Shown: one piece after another, positions 43,896 to 54,772 of the stretch
Layout: each line of letters starts with the position of its first letter
How positions within the stretch are numbered: position 1 is the stretch's first letter
NCBI GenBank assembly: GCA_963764715.1
Contig: CAVXTP010000022.1
Coordinates: 224,001-288,000 of the forward strand
Direction: 5' to 3'
DNA from: an uncultured Acidobacteriota bacterium
Lineage (GTDB): Bacteria > Acidobacteriota > Thermoanaerobaculia > UBA5066 > Gp7-AA6
Length of the DNA stretch: 64,000 nucleotides
The notes under the pieces: model-generated
What the model saw: the letters and a program-made list of their open reading frames with translations, nothing else
Databases searched by the model: none
Told to the model about the DNA's origin: nothing
Translations under genes and position numbers: made by a program

Positions 43896-45586
43896 ATGCG
43901 GCGGGCTTGGGGGGTGGCGGGGCTCCTGGTCCTGGCGGCGTGCCGCGCCCGCACGGAGGCGCCCGCTCCCGTCGGGCGCTACGCCGGCCGCGACCCCCGC
44001 GGCCGCGCTCGACGAGTCCCGCGACGGCCCGGTCCGCGAGGGCGGCACGCTCCAGCGGCGTCTCGTGGGCGAGCCGACGACCCTGAACGCCGTCCTCCAG
44101 TCGAGCCTGCCCGAGGCCCTGGTTCTCGCGTACGTGCAGCGGAACCTGTTCGACTTCGACGCCCGGCTCGACCTGCGGCCGAGCCTCGCCGAGCGGATGG
44201 ACGTGTCGGCCGACGGCCGCGAGTACGTCGTCACGCTGCGGCCCGAGGCGGTCTGGGAGGACGGCCGGCCGGTGACGGCGGAGGACGCCGTCTTCACCAT
44301 CCGGAAGATCGTCGATCCCGACGTCCCGTCGCCCGTCTTCAAGGCGCTCTTCGAAGACCTCGAAACGGTCGAGGCGCTCGATGCGCGGCGTTTCCGGGTC
44401 CGCTTCCGCGAGCCGTACGCCTTCCGCGCGATGGCCTTCGTGTTCCCGCCGCTTCCCGGCGCACCGGTTCGCCGGGCAGAAGTTCCTCGAGGCGAAGGAC
44501 AACCGGCGCCGCTCTCGAACGGCCCGTACCGGCTGGTGTCCTGGAAGCCCGGGCGAATCGGTCGAGCTCGCGCCGAACCCGAAGGCCTGGGGCCCCGGCG
44601 GCCACTTCGAGCGCGTCGTCTTCCGGATCCTGCCGGACAACACGACGGCCTATCGCGGGCTGACGTCGGACAGCCTCGACGAGGACCAGCTCGACGCGAC
44701 GCTGAAGGAACGCGCCCGAGACCGACCCGGCCTTCGCGTCCTGCTGCCGGCTCGTCGAGTTCTACAACCTCGACTGGAGCTACGTCGCGCTCAACAACCG
44801 CTCGCCCTTCTTCGCCGACGCCCGCGTGCGGCGGGCGCTCACGATGCTGTCCGACCGCGCCTCGATCGCGAAGAACCTCTACCGCGGCTCCGCGAGGGTC
44901 ATCTCGGGGCCGTGGGCGCCGGATTCGCCGGCCTACGATCCGGCCCTCGCCGCCGCTCGCCTTCGACCCCGCGGCCGCGAAGGACGCTGCTCGCCGAGGC
45001 GGGCTGGCGCGACACCAACGGGAACGGCACGCTCGACCGCGAGGGGCGGGAGTTCGAGTTCGAGCTCCTCGTCCCGGCGGGCTCGGAGATCGGCCGGCAG
45101 GTCGACGAGATGCTCGCCGCCGAGCTTTCGCGCGCCGGCGTGACGGCCCGCGTCCGCACGCTCGAGTGGGCGGCCTTCGTCGAGAGGATCGACGCCGGGC
45201 AGCTTCGAGGCGGCCTCGCTCGCCTGGTCCGCGGTCGATCCGAATCCCGGACCCGTACCCGTACTGGCACTCTTCGCAGTGCCCGCCGAACGGGCTCGAA
45301 CAACGGGTGCTACCGGAGCGCCGAGGCCGACCGCCTGATGGTCGAGGCGCGCCGGGAGCTCGACCCGGCGCGGCGCAACGCGATCTTCCACCGGCTCCAC
45401 GCGATCTTCCGCGACGACGCGCCGGCGATTTTCCTCGTCAACTCCACCCAGAAGTTCGGCTTCAACCGCCGCGTCCGCGGGCTGACGACCTCGCCGCTCG
45501 GCCTCTTCGGGATCTGGCCCGGTCCGCTCGGCTGGTGGTCCACGGCGGGGGCCGGGGCGCCGGCCGCGGAAAGGCCCGCGGCGTGA
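43896..45586 (+). CDS. Peptide ABC transporter substrate-binding lipoprotein (OppA/DppA family), multiple frameshifts
   Basis: Lipobox LAAC, EPTTLN, PSLAE, WEDGRPVTAEDAVFT, NGPYRLVSW, LAEAGWRDTNGNG. Confidence 0.85.
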
Positions 45587-46558
45587 TCCGTTACGTGCTC
45601 CGGCGGCTCGCCCTGGCGGTCCCGACGCTCTTCGGGATCGCGGTCGTCGTCTTTCTTCTCGTGCACCTGGCGCCGGGAAGTCCCGTCGCCGGCAGCGACT
45701 CCTCGCTCCGCCGCACGACGGGTCGCGCCGCCGAGGAGATGCGCCGCCTCTACGGCCTCGACCGGCCGCTGCCCGAGCGGTTCGGCGCCTGGCTCTCGCG
45801 GGCCGCGCGGTTCGACCTGGGCGAGAGCTTCGTCGACCACCGGCCGGTCTCGCTCCGGATCCGCGAGGCCCTGCCGAACACCCTCCTCCTGAACGGGCTC
45901 GCCCTCGTTCTCGCGCTGGCGATCGCGATACCTCTCGGCGTCGTCGCCGGCGCGCGGCCGGAGGGCGCGTTCGACCGCCTCTCGGGCGCCGTGCTCTTCG
46001 CGCTCTACTCCATGCCGACCTTCTGGGCGGCGCTGCTCCTCCAGACCCTCTTCGCGGTCCGGCTTCGCTGGTTGCCGCTCTACGGCGTGGCTTCGGACGC
46101 GGCGCCCGGCGGGCCTCGCGGGTCTCCCGGACCGCCTGGCGCACGTCGCGCTGCCGGCCACGTGCCTCGCCTACGGAACGCTCGCCTTCGTCGCGCGCCT
46201 GGTGCGCTCGGGAGTCGCCGAGGCCCGCGAGAGCGATTACGTCCTGGCGTCTCGGGCGCGCGGGGCCTCGCCGCGCCGGGCGATCTGGGCCCACGCCTTC
46301 CGCAACGCCGATGCTGCCGCTGATCACGCTCTTCGGCCTCCTGCTGCCGGCCCTGCTCTCGGGCAGCGTGATCGTCGAGAAGATCTTCGCCTGGCCGGGC
46401 CTCGGGCGGCTGTACTTCGACTCCATCCTCTCGCGCGACTACCCGGTGATCCTGGCGCTCTCGCTGCTGTCGGCGGTCGCGACGCTCGCCGCGACGCTCG
46501 CCTCCGACGTCGCGAGCGCGGCGGCCGACCCGCGCGTCCGGGACGGCGCGGCGCCGTG

Positions 46559-46559
<1 letters not shown>
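45583..46559 (+). CDS. Peptide ABC permease (OppB family), frameshifts near 46110 and 46310
   Basis: RYVLRRL..PTLFGI, YGLDRPL, SMPTFW, DYVLASRARG, GSVIVEKIFAWPGLG, RDYPVI. Confidence 0.88.
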
Positions 46560-47866
<1,307 letters not shown>

Positions 47867-47889
47867 GCGGCCCCTCCGCCGCCTCGCGG

Positions 47890-48294
47890 ATGGTCGAGAC
47901 GCGCCTCCGGGTGCGTTACTCGGAGACGGACCAGATGGGGATCGTGTACCACGCCCACTACCTCGTGTGGTTCGAGATCGGGCGCACCGAGTGGTGTCGC
48001 GCGGCCGGCATCCCGTACGCCGAGATGGAGCGGTCCGGCCTCTTCATCCCGGTGACGCGGGTCGAGGCGTCGTTCCGCCGGCGGTCGTCGTACGACGACG
48101 TGGTCCGCGTGCAGACGCGCATGGCGGAGCTCTCGGGCCGCGGCTGCGGATTCGGCTACGAGGTGCGCGACGAGGCGGGCGAGCTTCTCGCCGACGGCGC
48201 GACCCGCCACGTGTTCACCGACCCCTCGGGCCGGCCGACGCGATCGCCCCGCGAGATCCTGTCCGTGCTCGAGGGCTTCCGCGGCGCGGCCTGA
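47890..48294 (+). CDS. Acyl-CoA thioesterase (YbgC/4HBT family)
   Basis: [26 protein letters not shown]. Confidence 0.92.
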   Translation: MVETRLRVRYSETDQMGIVYHAHYLVWFEIGRTEWCRAAGIPYAEMERSGLFIPVTRVEASFRRRSSYDDVVRVQTRMAELSGRGCGFGYEVRDEAGELLADGATRHVFTDPSGRPTRSPREILSVLEGFRGAA

Positions 48295-48368
48295 CGTCCG
48301 AAGCCCTTGCCGTCCGTCGTCGGACGAGATATGACATCGGAAAATCCCCGGGTTCGAAAGGAGACGGT

Positions 48369-49064
48369 ATGACGCTCGGCAAGAGGGCCTCGGCGGAGTT
48401 TCTGGGCACTCTCTGGCTCGTTCTCGGGGGCTGCGGCAGCGCGGTGCTCGCTGCGGTTTTCAAGGACGTCGGCATCGGGCTGCTCGGCGTGTCCCTGGCT
48501 TTCGGGTTGACCCTGCTGACGATGGCGTTCGCGATCGGGCCGATCTCGGGATGCCACATCAATCCCGCGGTGACCTTCGGCCTGGTCGCGGCGAAACGTT
48601 TCCCGGCCTCCGAGCTCGTCCCTTACGTCGTCGCCCAGGTCCTCGGCGGGATCGCCGGCGCCGGGATCCTCTACGCCATTGCGACCGGCCGGCCCGAGTT
48701 CCAGGTCTCGGCGGGCTTCGCGGCGAACGGCTACGGCGAGCACTCGCCCGGCGGCTACTCGCTCGGAGCGGCCCTCGTCTGCGAGATCGTGATGACCTTC
48801 TTCTTCCTGTTCGTCATCGTCGGCGCGACCGACAAGCGGGCGCCGGCCGGCTTCGCCGGGATCCCCATCGGGCTCGCCCTGACGCTCATTCACCTCATCA
48901 GCATCCCGGTGACGAACACGTCGGTCAACCCGGCGCGCTCGACCGGTCCGGCGATTCTCGTCGGAGGCTGGGCGCTTTCTCAACTCTGGCTCTTCTGGGT
49001 CGCGCCGATCGTCGGCGCGGTCGTGGCGGGCGTCGTGTATCGAAGCATTTTCGAGGAGAGGTGA
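48369..49064 (+). CDS. aqpZ: Aquaporin Z
   Basis: [47 protein letters not shown]. Confidence 0.96.
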   Translation: MTLGKRASAEFLGTLWLVLGGCGSAVLAAVFKDVGIGLLGVSLAFGLTLLTMAFAIGPISGCHINPAVTFGLVAAKRFPASELVPYVVAQVLGGIAGAGILYAIATGRPEFQVSAGFAANGYGEHSPGGYSLGAALVCEIVMTFFFLFVIVGATDKRAPAGFAGIPIGLALTLIHLISIPVTNTSVNPARSTGPAILVGGWALSQLWLFWVAPIVGAVVAGVVYRSIFEER

Positions 49065-49065
49065 A

Positions 49066-49668
49066 GTGGTTTTGAAACGGTACGGGATTCTCGGGATCGT
49101 GGCGGGACTGGCGCTCGGGGCGGCGGCACGGGCGCAGGAGCCGGCGCCGACGCCCGGCGAAATGAAGAAGGCGGGAGAAGCCGTCACGGAGTCGACGGCC
49201 AAGGCCGGCGAGGCGGCCAAGGACGCCGGTAAGGCCGTCGGCGAGGAGGCCAGGAAGGTCGGCGACGCGACGGCCAAGGAAGCCAGGAAGGCCGGGGATG
49301 CCACGGTGAAGGGGGCCAAGGACGCGGGCAAGGCGGTCGGGACCGAGGCTACGAAGGTCGATGCGGGGGCCAAGAAGGCCGCCGATGCGACGGGCAGGGA
49401 TGCCAGGGACGCCGGTAAGGCGGTCGGGACCGAAGCCAAGAAGGTCGATGCGGGGGCCAAGAAAGCCGCCGATGCGACGGCCAACGATGGCAGGGTCGCC
49501 GGCAAGGCGGTCGGCGAGGAAGCGAAGAAGGTCGGCGACGCGACCGCGACCGACGCCAAGGACGCGGCCCGGGCGGTCGACAAGGAATCGAGGAAGGTCG
49601 ACGAGGGCATTTCGGAGGAAGTCAAGAAGCTCGAGGGCAAGGACAAGGAGCCCACGCCCAAGCCATAA
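49066..49668 (+). CDS. Secreted LEA-like (11-mer repeat, A/K/D/E/G-rich) protein
   Basis: Signal peptide, repeats such as AKDAGKAVGEE and ARKVGDATAKE; 87-bp-period DNA direct repeat at about 49330 and 49417. Confidence 0.75.
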   Translation: MVLKRYGILGIVAGLALGAAARAQEPAPTPGEMKKAGEAVTESTAKAGEAAKDAGKAVGEEARKVGDATAKEARKAGDATVKGAKDAGKAVGTEATKVDAGAKKAADATGRDARDAGKAVGTEAKKVDAGAKKAADATANDGRVAGKAVGEEAKKVGDATATDAKDAARAVDKESRKVDEGISEEVKKLEGKDKEPTPKP

Positions 49669-49694
49669 CCCTCGCGGAACGGCGGTCGCCCGGC

Positions 49695-50606
49695 TCAGGG
49701 AACGGGCCGGGCGATCAGCCGCCCCCGCACGACCGTGATGGCGAGGCCGGCGAAGATCAGCCCCGCCGCGACCGCGGTCTTTCCCGTGAACGCCTCCCCG
49801 AGGATCAGGATGGCGAGCGCCGTCGTGATCACCGGCTGGAGGAAGACGTAGAACGCGACGTGCGACGCGTGCGTGCGCGCGAGCGCCCAGGAATTGAGGA
49901 GGTACGGGATCGCGGTGCAGAACACGATCACCGCCGCCAGGCACGCCCAGGCGAGCGGCGGAACGCGCGCCGGGGCGAAGCGCGCGAGGTCCGGCAGGGC
50001 CGCCAGGACGATGAGGACCGCGCCGTAGCGGAAAACCGCGGCGGTGAAGGTCGCGACGTTGTAGTGGGCGAGGATTGGCCGCGACAGCACGAGGTAGAGC
50101 GAGTACGACGTGCAGTTGAGGAGAAGCAGGAGCACGCCCCGCGAGGAGTCGCTCGACCAGTCGAAGCGGTGGACGTTCAGGAGCGTCAGTGCGCCCGCGC
50201 CCGCGAGCGCGATCCCGAGGGCGCCGCGGGCGCTCATGAGCTCGCGCCGGAGAGCGACCGCGGCCGCCAGCGTGAAGACCGGGATCGTGGCCGTCAGGAT
50301 CGAGGTGTTGATGGCGGTCGTCAGGGACAGGCCCAGGATGAAGAGGATCTGGTTGAACGAGACGCCCAGGAGGGCGTAGGTCAGGATGCGCCGGCGGTCG
50401 CCCGGGCGGATCGGCTCGCGGGTGTGCGAGAGCCGGACCGCGTCGAGGATGACGACGGCGCCGACGACACGGAACGCCGAGAAGACGAACGGCGGGATCG
50501 ACGCGAGGGCGAGCTTGCCGAAGATCGGAAAGAGGGCGAACCCCACCTGCGCGCCGGTCAGGGCGGCGTGGATGCGCCAGGGAGCCACCGCGGAGCGGCG
50601 GCTCAC
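49695..50606 (-). CDS. DMT/EamA family transporter
   Basis: About 10 TM helices; GLSLTTAINTSIL, YVFLQPVITTALAILILGE. Confidence 0.9.
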   Translation of the reverse strand: MSRRSAVAPWRIHAALTGAQVGFALFPIFGKLALASIPPFVFSAFRVVGAVVILDAVRLSHTREPIRPGDRRRILTYALLGVSFNQILFILGLSLTTAINTSILTATIPVFTLAAAVALRRELMSARGALGIALAGAGALTLLNVHRFDWSSDSSRGVLLLLLNCTSYSLYLVLSRPILAHYNVATFTAAVFRYGAVLIVLAALPDLARFAPARVPPLAWACLAAVIVFCTAIPYLLNSWALARTHASHVAFYVFLQPVITTALAILILGEAFTGKTAVAAGLIFAGLAITVVRGRLIARPVP

Positions 50607-51523
50607 GCGAAGGGCAACCCGACCACGACCGCGGCCTCGGGACCGGCGGCCGGCAGGCGGGCGCCGTCGGCGACGTCGCGGAAGGCATACCCCAGGCCGA
50701 TCGGGCCGAGTCGCGGGGATACGACGGCGCTCGTGATCCGCGCGAGCTCGAGCGAGGGCCTGTCGGGATCGGTGAACGCCGTGCCGGGCGCGAGGATCCC
50801 GCGCGGAAAGCGGAAGCCCGCGAGCCGACGGTTCGCCCGCCCGTAGGTGCGGATGCGCGCCACGATTTCCTGGCCGACGTAGCAGCCCTTGTTCGCGGCG
50901 ATCGCGTCGGAGAGCCCGGCCTCCTCGGCGAGATGCGTCTGGTCGGCGTCGCGGCCGAGCCGCGGCCGCCCGGCCTCGACGCGGAGCGCCTCGGCCGACT
51001 CCTCGGAAACCGGGGTGGAACCGGACGCCTCGAGCCATCGAAGGAGCTCCGCCCCGGTCGTGGCCGGCGCGAGGACCTCGGCCGCGAGGTCCCACTCCGC
51101 CGGGAGCCGCACCGCGGAAGGCGGCACGGCGAGCGATGCGGCGAGCGGCCCGTAGAGGGCGATCCGGACGACCTCGGCGGTGGCGTCCCGCACCGTCGCC
51201 TTCTGGAAGGCGGCGTACTTCGCGAGGTGCGCGGCGGCGGCGGCGACGGCATCCGACGGAAGAAGGAGCAGGAACCGATCGGCCTCGGCGACGAGCCGGC
51301 CGAAGTAGAGGAGTTTTCCCTTCGGAGTCAGCCCGGCGGCGAGCCGCGACTGTCCGGGAGCGAGACCCCGGACGTCCTGCGTCAACTGTCCCTGGAGGAA
51401 CGATTCGCGGTCGGGACCCTCGACGGCGATCGCGCCGGACCGGACGCGGTGCGCGAGGCCTTCGCGCGCCGCGGCGTATCCGCGCGGCGCCGCGCTATTT
51501 CCGGTCGTGAACGAAGCTGGCAC
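50603..51523 (-). CDS. ygfZ: YgfZ/CAF17-like folate-binding Fe-S maturation protein
   Basis: GPDRESFLQGQLTQDV, LTPKGK, signature KGCYVGQE. Confidence 0.9.
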   Translation of the reverse strand: MPASFTTGNSAAPRGYAAAREGLAHRVRSGAIAVEGPDRESFLQGQLTQDVRGLAPGQSRLAAGLTPKGKLLYFGRLVAEADRFLLLLPSDAVAAAAAHLAKYAAFQKATVRDATAEVVRIALYGPLAASLAVPPSAVRLPAEWDLAAEVLAPATTGAELLRWLEASGSTPVSEESAEALRVEAGRPRLGRDADQTHLAEEAGLSDAIAANKGCYVGQEIVARIRTYGRANRRLAGFRFPRGILAPGTAFTDPDRPSLELARITSAVVSPRLGPIGLGYAFRDVADGARLPAAGPEAAVVVGLPFA

Positions 51524-51947
51524 GCACGCGGACTTTCGGAGAGTCGGCGGCGTCGAGCGTGCGCATCCGCCCGGAGATCCGGTACGACTCGCTCTCGAAC
51601 CCGTCGATGGTGACGCCGCGGTCGCTCGACGTGACGACCTTGCCGGCCTTGTCGAGCACCTCGACGGAGAGCTTGACCTTGAGCTTCTCCGGCCCCCGGT
51701 TGTCGAGCTCGAACTGCCACCAGATCCAGGAGCTGTCCTTCGGGTCGTTGGCGCGCGCCTTCTCGATGTCCTCCTCGTCCGGGTAGTTGCGCACCTCGAG
51801 GGTTTCGATGGTGCACTTCTTGTAGACGAGCCCGACCTTGCTCGGGGCCTCGCCGCGGAAAGGCGATCGTCTTTTCGAGGGGCCCTCTTCGGCGAGCAGG
51901 ACCGAGGCGGCGAGCAGGGCGGCGGCGGCGATCGACCGGCGCAACAT
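51495..51947 (-). CDS. Hypothetical secreted beta-rich (Ig-like, FxLYD-type) protein
   Basis: SD AAGGAGG; signal peptide; VEVLDKAGKVV. Confidence 0.65.
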   Translation of the reverse strand: MLRRSIAAAALLAASVLLAEEGPSKRRSPFRGEAPSKVGLVYKKCTIETLEVRNYPDEEDIEKARANDPKDSSWIWWQFELDNRGPEKLKVKLSVEVLDKAGKVVTSSDRGVTIDGFESESYRISGRMRTLDAADSPKVRVRASFVHDRK

Positions 51948-51991
51948 GCGGACCTCCTTGTCGGCGGCGGGAGAGCGTATCATTGCCGGTC

Positions 51992-52267
51992 ATGTCGCTC
52001 GAGGAAGACGCGCCGGACCGGCACGTGATCGACATCTTCATGATGTCGCTGAAGTGCGGAAACTGCGACACGTACCAGACGATCGTGAAGTTCCGGAAGC
52101 TTCCGGACAAGAACGTCTACACGTACGAGTGCGAGAACGAGATCTGCGACCCCAACGTGACCCGCACGATCGTCGAGGTGCCCCGCCATCTGGACAATTC
52201 GACCCGCCGCGCCGAGGAGCTGCCGTACTACGAAAAAGAGGGTTCCCCGGAGGATCCGGCCGGCTGA
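51992..52267 (+). CDS. Small four-Cys (Zn-ribbon-like) protein
   Basis: CGNC..CENEIC; TATCAT 8 nt upstream of ATG. Confidence 0.7.
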   Translation: MSLEEDAPDRHVIDIFMMSLKCGNCDTYQTIVKFRKLPDKNVYTYECENEICDPNVTRTIVEVPRHLDNSTRRAEELPYYEKEGSPEDPAG

Positions 52268-52307
52268 CCCGGGCCCCCGTCCCGGAATCGCATAGAATAG
52301 GGGCTTC

Positions 52308-52790
52308 GTGAGCCTGCACACGGCCACGCGGGAGCCGGCGGGGATCGCCCCCGACCTCCTGCAGCGCCTGCGGAAACGCCTCGCCGATTCGCCCGCCCTG
52401 GGTTGGCTGTCCCCGAGCCTCGAGGAGCTCGGTCTGGACCGGTGTGTCCTGGCCCTGCCGCTCCACGAGCAGGCGACCAACGGCTCGGGCACGGTGCACG
52501 GCGGGGTCCTGGCGATGCTGGCCGACACGGCCGTGGCGTTCGCCCTCGCGACCAACTTCGACGGCAAGATGGGGTTCGCCACGGCGGACCTGACGATTCA
52601 CTTTCTGCGGCGGGCCCGGGGCGACGTCCGGGCGCGCGCGCGGATCATCAAGAAAGGACAGCGCGTCAACGTGGGGGAGGTGGAGATCGTGGACGGGCAG
52701 GGGCGCGAAGTCGCCCGCGCCCTCGCGACCTTCATCCTGACCACCTCCTCCTTCGACTACGCGCCGGAAAGGAAACAGGAAAAAACATGA
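52308..52790 (+). CDS. PaaI-family hotdog thioesterase
   Basis: NGSGTVHGGVLAMLADTA, TADLTIHFLR. Confidence 0.9.
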   Translation: MSLHTATREPAGIAPDLLQRLRKRLADSPALGWLSPSLEELGLDRCVLALPLHEQATNGSGTVHGGVLAMLADTAVAFALATNFDGKMGFATADLTIHFLRRARGDVRARARIIKKGQRVNVGEVEIVDGQGREVARALATFILTTSSFDYAPERKQEKT

Positions 52791-53725
52791 TGGACGACAC
52801 CGTTCCGTTCCCCGCGGCCGAGGCCGTGGAGGCGGAGAGAAAACCTTCGCGGCGCCGCCGGGGCGGCGCGCGGCGGCACAAGGCCTTCCCCGCGCCGGCC
52901 GAGGAGCCGGCCGCGGCGGCCCCGCCGGCGCCCGCGCCCTCCGTGCCGGCGTCGATGAACGTGAGCGCGGGCCCTCCCGCCCGGGCGAGCGTCGACCAGC
53001 GCCTCGCGCTCTTCATCGACTTCGAGAACATCGCCCTCGGCGTGCGCGACGCCCAGTACAAGAAGTTCGACATCCACCTCGTGCTCCAGCGGCTGATCGA
53101 GAAGGGCCGCATCGTGTACAAGAAGGCCTACTCGGACTGGACCCGCTACTCGGAGTACAAGCGGGAGTTCCACGAGGCCGCGATCGAGCTGATCGACATT
53201 CCCCAGCGCAACTACTCGGCCAAGAACTCCGCCGACATCCGGATGGTCGTCGACGCGATGGACCTCGTGGCGTCGAAGGGCCACATCACGACGTTCGTGA
53301 TCTGCTCCGGCGACTCCGACTTCTCGCCGCTCGTCTCCAAGCTCAAGGAGAACGACAAGAGCGTCATCGGCGTCGGCGTGAAGAACTCGACGTCGAACCT
53401 TCTGATCTCCAACTGCGACGAGTTCATCTTCTACGAGGACCTCGTCCGGGAGACGCGGGCGCTGCCGTCGATCGACAACCTGCCCAAGAAGAAGCAGGAG
53501 GTCTTCCGGCTCGTCATCGACTCGATCCAGGCGCTCGGGCGCGAGAACTACGACGTCATCTGGGGCTCGATGGTCAAGCAGACGATGCAGCGCAAGCAGC
53601 CGTACTTCAACGAGTCCTACTACGGCTACAAGTCGTTCTCGGAGCTCCTTGAGGACGCCGAGCGCCACGGCATCCTGTCGATGAAGAAGGACGCGAAGAG
53701 CGGCGGCTACGTGGTCTCGGCCTGA
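52787..53725 (+). CDS. NYN (LabA/DUF88) nuclease-domain protein with C-terminal OST-HTH/LOTUS domain
   Basis: ALFIDFEN, KNSADIRMVVDAMD, SGDSDFSPLV, CDEFIFY, YGYKSFSELLE. Confidence 0.92.
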   Translation: MMDDTVPFPAAEAVEAERKPSRRRRGGARRHKAFPAPAEEPAAAAPPAPAPSVPASMNVSAGPPARASVDQRLALFIDFENIALGVRDAQYKKFDIHLVLQRLIEKGRIVYKKAYSDWTRYSEYKREFHEAAIELIDIPQRNYSAKNSADIRMVVDAMDLVASKGHITTFVICSGDSDFSPLVSKLKENDKSVIGVGVKNSTSNLLISNCDEFIFYEDLVRETRALPSIDNLPKKKQEVFRLVIDSIQALGRENYDVIWGSMVKQTMQRKQPYFNESYYGYKSFSELLEDAERHGILSMKKDAKSGGYVVSA

Positions 53726-53743
53726 GGGCGCGCGGCGCCCGGG

Positions 53744-54661
53744 CTACTTGCGGCGGAGAACGACGCGGTCGCTCGCGCCCGCCGGCTGCGAGATCGTGAC
53801 GGCGACGTTCAGCCCGACGAAGTCGGCGGCGCCGGAGAGGTCCCAGACGAGGTTCCGGAACCCGCGCAGCGAGCTGTCGGGCCCGGGGTGGATGACCTTC
53901 GACAGGGCGTCCGACCCCCGCGGGGCGGCGTAGGCCGGCGAGAGGTAGAGGTACGACAGAAAGCCGGTGGCGTTGACGCCGGCCTGGACGAGGTAGTCGG
54001 GCTCCCGGGACTCGAGCAGGAGATAGGTCGTCTCCTCGGGGCTCCGCCGCTGGCCTTCGATGACCTTCCAGGTCCGCTCGCGCCGCGGCATCCACGGCGC
54101 GAACGGGATGAAGTCGATCGCGACGCCGGCGCCGGCCGGGGAGGAAGCCAGCGCGGCGGCGAGCTCACGGACCCGGCGCCCGCCGTCGGGAACCGTCAGG
54201 TACCCGGCGCCCGCTCCGCCGCGACCCGGGTCGGTGAGGGTGACTCCCGCGGAGACCACGTTGCCCGCGCGGTCCGTCTCGACGAAGACCTCGCGGAGGG
54301 CCGGCCGCGGAGGCGTCCCGGCGATCGTCGTGGCGATCTTGCCTTCCCACCGCCCGGTCAGGTCGAGTGCCCAGGGCTCGGGCGAGGTCGAGGGCGGCGG
54401 CGCGCCCACGTCCGCGGTGCCCGCGCTCCGGGATCCCCAGAGGAGGACGCCCGTGATGACGGCGAGCGCGAGGGCCGCGAGGACCAGGAGGTACTGGCGC
54501 GGGATCGCGGCCAGGATGGCCCCCGGCGAGGACGGCGCGGCGGGCGGCGGCGGGGAGACGGGCTCGGAGGGCGTGGGCCGCTCGAGGCTCTTCTTGCACT
54601 TGAGGCATTTCGCCGCGGGGATCTGCGTAAACCCGCAGTGAGGACACGTCACCCAGGCCAT
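53744..54661 (-). CDS. Hypothetical membrane-anchored protein with N-terminal Zn ribbon
   Basis: CPHC..CLKC, Pro-rich linker, single TM, beta-rich extracytoplasmic domain. Confidence 0.75.
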   Translation of the reverse strand: MAWVTCPHCGFTQIPAAKCLKCKKSLERPTPSEPVSPPPPAAPSSPGAILAAIPRQYLLVLAALALAVITGVLLWGSRSAGTADVGAPPPSTSPEPWALDLTGRWEGKIATTIAGTPPRPALREVFVETDRAGNVVSAGVTLTDPGRGGAGAGYLTVPDGGRRVRELAAALASSPAGAGVAIDFIPFAPWMPRRERTWKVIEGQRRSPEETTYLLLESREPDYLVQAGVNATGFLSYLYLSPAYAAPRGSDALSKVIHPGPDSSLRGFRNLVWDLSGAADFVGLNVAVTISQPAGASDRVVLRRK

Positions 54662-54698
54662 GGGTGAATGGTAACCGATCGTGCGTAAGTCTTGGTGC

Positions 54699-54771
54699 AG
54701 TCAGTAGTAAGCGGTAAGCCGGGGGATGGCTGTCGCGACGCTTACTGCTTACCGCCTACGGCTTACTGACT
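54699..54771. repeat. Inverted array of tandem heptamers (AGTAAGC-type)
   Basis: AGTCAGT AGTAAGC GGTAAGC (54699-54719), spacer, GCTTACT GCTTACC GCCTACG GCTTACT GACT (54740-54771). Confidence 0.85.
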
Positions 54772-54772
54772 C

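Noticed and set aside
49200-49560. DNA direct repeats that could look like a CRISPR array
   Set aside because: In-frame coding repeats of the LEA-like protein; no unique spacers and no cas genes.
52787-53725. NYN nuclease as an anti-phage defence system
   Set aside because: Housekeeping context, host-like composition and no defence or mobility genes nearby.
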